From NCBI GenBank assembly GCA_963550695.1, contig CAUVDL010000002.1, positions 9,766 through 73,765 on the forward strand: a stretch of DNA of 64,000 nucleotides, read 5' to 3'. Made by a program: the position numbers and the translations under genes. The stretch comes from an uncultured Prevotella sp. GTDB lineage: Bacteria; Bacteroidota; Bacteroidia; Bacteroidales; Bacteroidaceae. Under the pieces are notes generated by a model. It made no database searches. It saw only the letters and a program-made list of their open reading frames with translations, and was not told where the DNA came from. Numbering within the stretch: position 1 is the stretch's first letter; every line of letters begins with the position of its first letter. Below, piece after piece: positions 60,901-64,000 of the stretch.

Positions 60901-61797
60901 ACTGAGTGGTCATACGATGGTAAGAATCTCTTTGTCACAAATGAAGGTCCACGTTTCGAGCGTTATCGTTGGATTGAGAATGATGGTCCGATGGAGGCTT
61001 ACCAGAATGGTCCTACCGATAATGGTGTTATCTCACAGTCTGCTACCTTCCAACTCTCTGGTGATGGTAAGACAGCAACAGTGAACGTTAACCAGAACGG
61101 CAACTACTGCAAGGCTACTTATAAGTACACTATCAATGCTAACGGAACCATCGACCTCACCAGCTCGTATGAGGCACAGGGTAATGGTGCAAGACGTTTA
61201 GGCTTCAGCCTGAACTTCCCAGAGGAACTCTCTAAGGTTCGCTATTATGCACGTGGTCCATTGGCAAACTATGTTGACCGTCTCGACGGTTCAGACTTCG
61301 GTGTCTATGAGACTTCTGTTAAGGATATGTATGAGCCATTCGCACACCCACAGAGCAACGGCAACCGCGTTGGTCTTCGTTGGCTTACCCTCACAAACAA
61401 CGAGGGCAATGGTGTGAAGGTAGTGACAGCGGGCGATGTAGCCTTCTCTCTGACTCCTTGGACTGAAAGAGAGCTGCGCGATTCACGCCACGAATGGGAG
61501 TTGCCAGCAAGCAATCGCACCGTAGCTCACTTTGATGCTATCCAGCAGGGTGTGGGTAACGGCTCTTGTGGTCCTGGCCCATTGAATGAGTATAAGATTC
61601 AGCAGGGCAAGAAATACACTAACACCGTGCGTTTCATCCCTTTTTCAGAAGCGGCAGATGATAACGCAAACGGAATCTCTGCCGTAATAACCCCGACAAC
61701 AATAACTGCACAAGTCTACGATCTCTCTGGTCGTAGACTTCCTGAATCTCCTACCAAAGGACTCTATATTCAGGGCGGTAAAGTTATAGCAAACTAA
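57979..61797 (+). CDS. GH2 beta-galactosidase (LacZ-like) with an N-terminal ricin-like module and T9SS-type tail
   Basis: SLNGTW, FLHFDG, SDGSYLEGQD.W.MSGIHRDV, NTVRTSHYP, RNHPSVVFWSLGNES, CEYAHAMGN, GGCIWDWVDQ, PQSNGNR, GNGSCGP. Confidence 0.93.
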   Translation: MKTIRNIGLFVFLLTLAPTVLRAQAWNAKPQGGKTYAISVGKNTQDVLTPYKFYWESVTKLAFQKYIEGKDKQKWKLVEVPNKSDCYQLVNAEGELAFDMALNDPNSTSGNTCVWTETITNPNQQIYITKKGNGYQLSAVSGRNGQTYYVTTGTQEGYDVMYCRWERSPSSAAIVHFKEVTPVVIPQAADWENATVYERNKEQGHATYMPYPSTAAMKADGQRYDKPWLEPTGANYLSLNGTWRLRWSEGPKPVLLSKDECWGDDVNTDGSAWSDITVPSCLEMNGYGKPMYVNVDYPFVDKQPHILMKPGLTNSVGSYRRDFTLPAGWESKRVFLHFDGIYSAAYVYVNGHEVGYTQGANNVSEFDVTRYVHAGKNNVAVQVIRWSDGSYLEGQDMWHMSGIHRDVYLVATPKTYLADHYIKSTVTPGLTTAGLGSAATTVDLTVCNRDKLAAKKTVTVTLYDPSGKEIKALSADFQFAAGDSVMTKTIDFGTLSGLRLWSAETPTLYTFTFSQSQDGNEEEAFSTKYGFRKIDLSKGYLEVNGRRTYLKGANTQDTDPLHGRSITTDLMLKDITMMKQCNMNTVRTSHYPRQSKMMAMFDYYGLFVVDEADMELHKNWEGSKTIINNPNWTGAIVDRNVRNTLRDRNHPSVVFWSLGNESGSGLNIMAAYNAVRKLDNRYIHYEGSTRDNAEGTDIHSVMYPAMHDWRSGTTGPVTADVNHPNTNKPYFMCEYAHAMGNAVGNLREYWEAMEGSQMGVGGCIWDWVDQSIYSYDAIKNNKLTENGFPAYITGYDCPGPHQYNFVNNGLVNADRAWSAELDEVKRVYQWVGFDLNTEKHQVKLTNKYLDRNLNQFYLKWTLLVDGKPVQDDTFKKLNCAAGATQTVDLKYNTAAYAGKEIFLNIGLYTKDATLWCDRDYPVAQFQKQLAAGTTTLAEVDNTKADALHATHNADGGYTYANGKQKLTFDKQGNITEWSYDGKNLFVTNEGPRFERYRWIENDGPMEAYQNGPTDNGVISQSATFQLSGDGKTATVNVNQNGNYCKATYKYTINANGTIDLTSSYEAQGNGARRLGFSLNFPEELSKVRYYARGPLANYVDRLDGSDFGVYETSVKDMYEPFAHPQSNGNRVGLRWLTLTNNEGNGVKVVTAGDVAFSLTPWTERELRDSRHEWELPASNRTVAHFDAIQQGVGNGSCGPGPLNEYKIQQGKKYTNTVRFIPFSEAADDNANGISAVITPTTITAQVYDLSGRRLPESPTKGLYIQGGKVIAN

Positions 61798-62007
61798 TTT
61801 ACTACATGCCAAGTTCTATGGACTTGACAGTAAGGTAGGGACGCACGAAGTATTCCTCTGTAATCATCATGTTGACGGATGAATGCCTTGTGCGTCTTTA
61901 CATTTCAAAGCGGTAATTCCACTGGTTAACTAAAATATTCTAACAATAGGTTTGTCTTTCACCTAAATCATGACAATAAAGCTGCGCTCTTTTCGTTCTC
62001 AACAATG

Positions 62008-62068
62008 GTGCTGACGGCAGGCACATGATGTGCGGATGGTATGCACCACTTGTGCCGACGGTAAGCAC
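62008..62068. repeat. 22-bp-period GTGC-n9-GCAC repeat x3 (family D)
   Basis: GTGC at 62008, 62030 and 62052, each followed by GCAC after 9 bp. Confidence 0.65.
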
Positions 62069-62148
62069 GCTTTCAAGAGGATACTCCGAAAGGGAGCGAA
62101 AACGATTAAGACTTTATCAGATAGAAATAAAATAAATATATCTTTATT

Positions 62149-63369
62149 ATGAAACAAAAAAGTAACTATCTATTTCCCTTAGCCATTATCGGCTTATTCT
62201 TCTTCTCCATTGGCTTTGCCTTGGGTATCAACTCTTACCTAATGCCAGTGTTGGAAGAATCAATGCACATCTCTGGTGCAGCTTCCAGTTTGTTGCTCGC
62301 AGCAACATTCATTCCGTTCCTCTTGTTCGGTATTCCTGCAACACATTGTATCAAGGCAATCGGTTATAAACGTACGATGGCTTTATCATTCGTTATCTTT
62401 GCCGCAGCCTTCGGACTTTTCATCCTTGCAGCGAAGCAGAACTCTTTGACATGGTTCCTCATTGCGAGCTTCGTGAGTGGTGCTGCTAACGCTGTATTGC
62501 AGGCATCAGTCAATCCTTACGTGACCATTCTTGGTCCTATGGACTCTGCCGCACGCCGTATCTCTTGTATGGGTATTAGCAATAAATTGGCTTGGCCAGT
62601 GACAACCCTTTTCATTACTTTGGTGATTGGTAAGGGAATTGGCGAGACACAACTCACCGACCTTTATTTGCCATTCATCATTATTATCGGTATCTTCTTG
62701 CTCTTGGGTGTCATCGCATTGCTGGCTCCACTGCCAGACGTGAAGGCTGCTGGTGAGGACGAGAGCGAGAGCGGCGACGAGACGGCAGTCAGCTCATACG
62801 CTGACGGTAAGACAAGTATCATGCAGTTCCCACACTTGTTATTGGGCTGTCTGGCTCTCTTCCTCTATGTAGGTGTAGAGACTATTTCGCTTGCCACGGC
62901 AACAGGTTACGCAAAGTCATTAGGTTTGGAAGGTGACAACTATGGCTTTATCCCATCAGTGGGCATGATTGTGGGTTACGTCTGTGGCGTTATTTTCATC
63001 CCACGTTACCTCTCTCAGGCAGCCGCAATGCGCATCTGCGCTATCGTTGCCCTCGTGGGTAGTGTGGCAGTAGCAGTCGTTCCAGATCCAGTTATCTCTG
63101 TTTATTGCATCTTCTTGATGGCATTAGGCTGTTCACTCATGTGGCCAGCGTTGTGGCCTTTGGCAATGGCAGACCTTGGCAAGTTCACAAAGTCGGGTGC
63201 TTCCTTGCTGACAATGGCGATTGCTGGCGGTGCTGTGATGCCTTGGTTGCGTGGTTTGGTACAGGATGCTACCTCTTTCCAGACCTCCTATTGGGTCAGT
63301 GTTCCTTGTTTCCTCTTCATCCTTTACTACGGACTTGCGGGCTACAAGGTTCGCACGAAGAAGGAATAA
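62149..63369 (+). CDS. MFS sugar transporter, FucP/GluP family
   Basis: About 12 hydrophobic segments; IGYKRT, LQASVNPYV, LFLYVGVE, SLMWPALW, MAIAGGAVMP. Confidence 0.9.
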   Translation: MKQKSNYLFPLAIIGLFFFSIGFALGINSYLMPVLEESMHISGAASSLLLAATFIPFLLFGIPATHCIKAIGYKRTMALSFVIFAAAFGLFILAAKQNSLTWFLIASFVSGAANAVLQASVNPYVTILGPMDSAARRISCMGISNKLAWPVTTLFITLVIGKGIGETQLTDLYLPFIIIIGIFLLLGVIALLAPLPDVKAAGEDESESGDETAVSSYADGKTSIMQFPHLLLGCLALFLYVGVETISLATATGYAKSLGLEGDNYGFIPSVGMIVGYVCGVIFIPRYLSQAAAMRICAIVALVGSVAVAVVPDPVISVYCIFLMALGCSLMWPALWPLAMADLGKFTKSGASLLTMAIAGGAVMPWLRGLVQDATSFQTSYWVSVPCFLFILYYGLAGYKVRTKKE

Positions 63370-63519
63370 GAGGAGGAGTTAAGGAGTGAAAGGGAGTGAG
63401 AGGAGTTAAGACAACACCGCCTACACTTGCTCCTTCGCATATTATTTTATCCACTCTTTTCCTTTTGTTACCCTCCTATTGTAAATAAAATTCAATGGGC
63501 GAAAATTAAAAGAGCATGA

Positions 63520-63720
63520 ATTGGCTTTCAATTTATGCTCTTTTCGTTTCTAAAAGATGCCCTTTCTCGCCCTTATTAACGCCCTTTTGAAGCCTTAGTA
63601 AGTACCTCTTATATTACAGTTTCATAATAACTTGATATTCTGTTAGTTACAATGATGCTTAAAAAGGCTCTCCTTAGATGATTTGAGGAGTGTTTACGCC
63701 TTGTTTTTGTAAGGAAAATT
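63520..63720 (+). repeat. Repeat family A, diverged copy
   Basis: AAAAGATGCCCTTTCTCGCCCTTATTAACGCCCTTTTGAAGCCTTAGTAAGTACCTCTT, then ATAACTTGATATTCTGTTAGTTACAA. Confidence 0.75.
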
Positions 63721-63864
63721 CAAACTGCATTTAGACGAAACGATGTGTAGTTAAGAGCTGATGTATGCGAAAGAAGATATTACTTCTCTTTGCCATCGTC
63801 AGCTCGTATATCATTAAATAATCGGGATAAGAAAAGTAGAAAACAACACAAAAGTGTTAATTAC

Positions 63865-63920
63865 GACACCTCTATCTCATTTAATACGAAATGACACCTC
63901 TATCTCATTTAATACGAAAT
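63865..63920 (+). repeat. Perfect 28-bp tandem duplication
   Basis: GACACCTCTATCTCATTTAATACGAAAT x2. Confidence 0.9.
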
Positions 63921-64000
63921 AAATCAACAACAGGAGAAAGTCAAGTATCATAGCCACAACGAATGCCAGTATGGCTAAGAATGTTCCTTTCTCCAAAGCA

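Noticed and set aside
1..64000. rRNA, tRNA, prophage or integrase genes
   Set aside because: None recognised by eye; a covariance-model scan would be needed to exclude small RNAs.

Overview
Chromosomal window from a Bacteroidota organism, most likely a Prevotella (inferred from SusC/SusD, the MurF-Alr fusion, short RpoD, TAnnTTTG promoters and T9SS-type C-termini). It holds housekeeping genes (murF-alr, fur-like, GSCFA, NUDIX, hutD, rpoD-like) and a TPP-riboswitch thiamine uptake operon (TonB receptor, pnuC-like, thiN). There are two host-glycan loci: a SusC/SusD PUL with three tandem GH85-like endo-beta-N-acetylglucosaminidases, and a cluster of a lectin-like protein, GH95, GH2 and an MFS transporter. 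Also present are a BspA-like LRR protein, an ABC-type ATPase plus a PD-(D/E)xK-like partner, and decayed IS1380 and IS4-like elements. The most striking unexplained signal is a two-gene module found three times (349-3431, 16830-18988, 44020-46278): a 61-69 aa peptide with an exactly spaced Y-x-x-P-x9-E-[SG] motif directly upstream of a type V pilin/fimbrillin-like lipoprotein with a shared C-terminal domain. Intergenic DNA carries several repeat families: a 345-bp hairpin MITE with verified 8-bp target duplications, a 7-copy element with 22-bp periodicity, and G/C-tract palindromic elements, one of which supplies the ends of pnuC and thiN. Product calls come from motif recognition by eye; no database searches were run.
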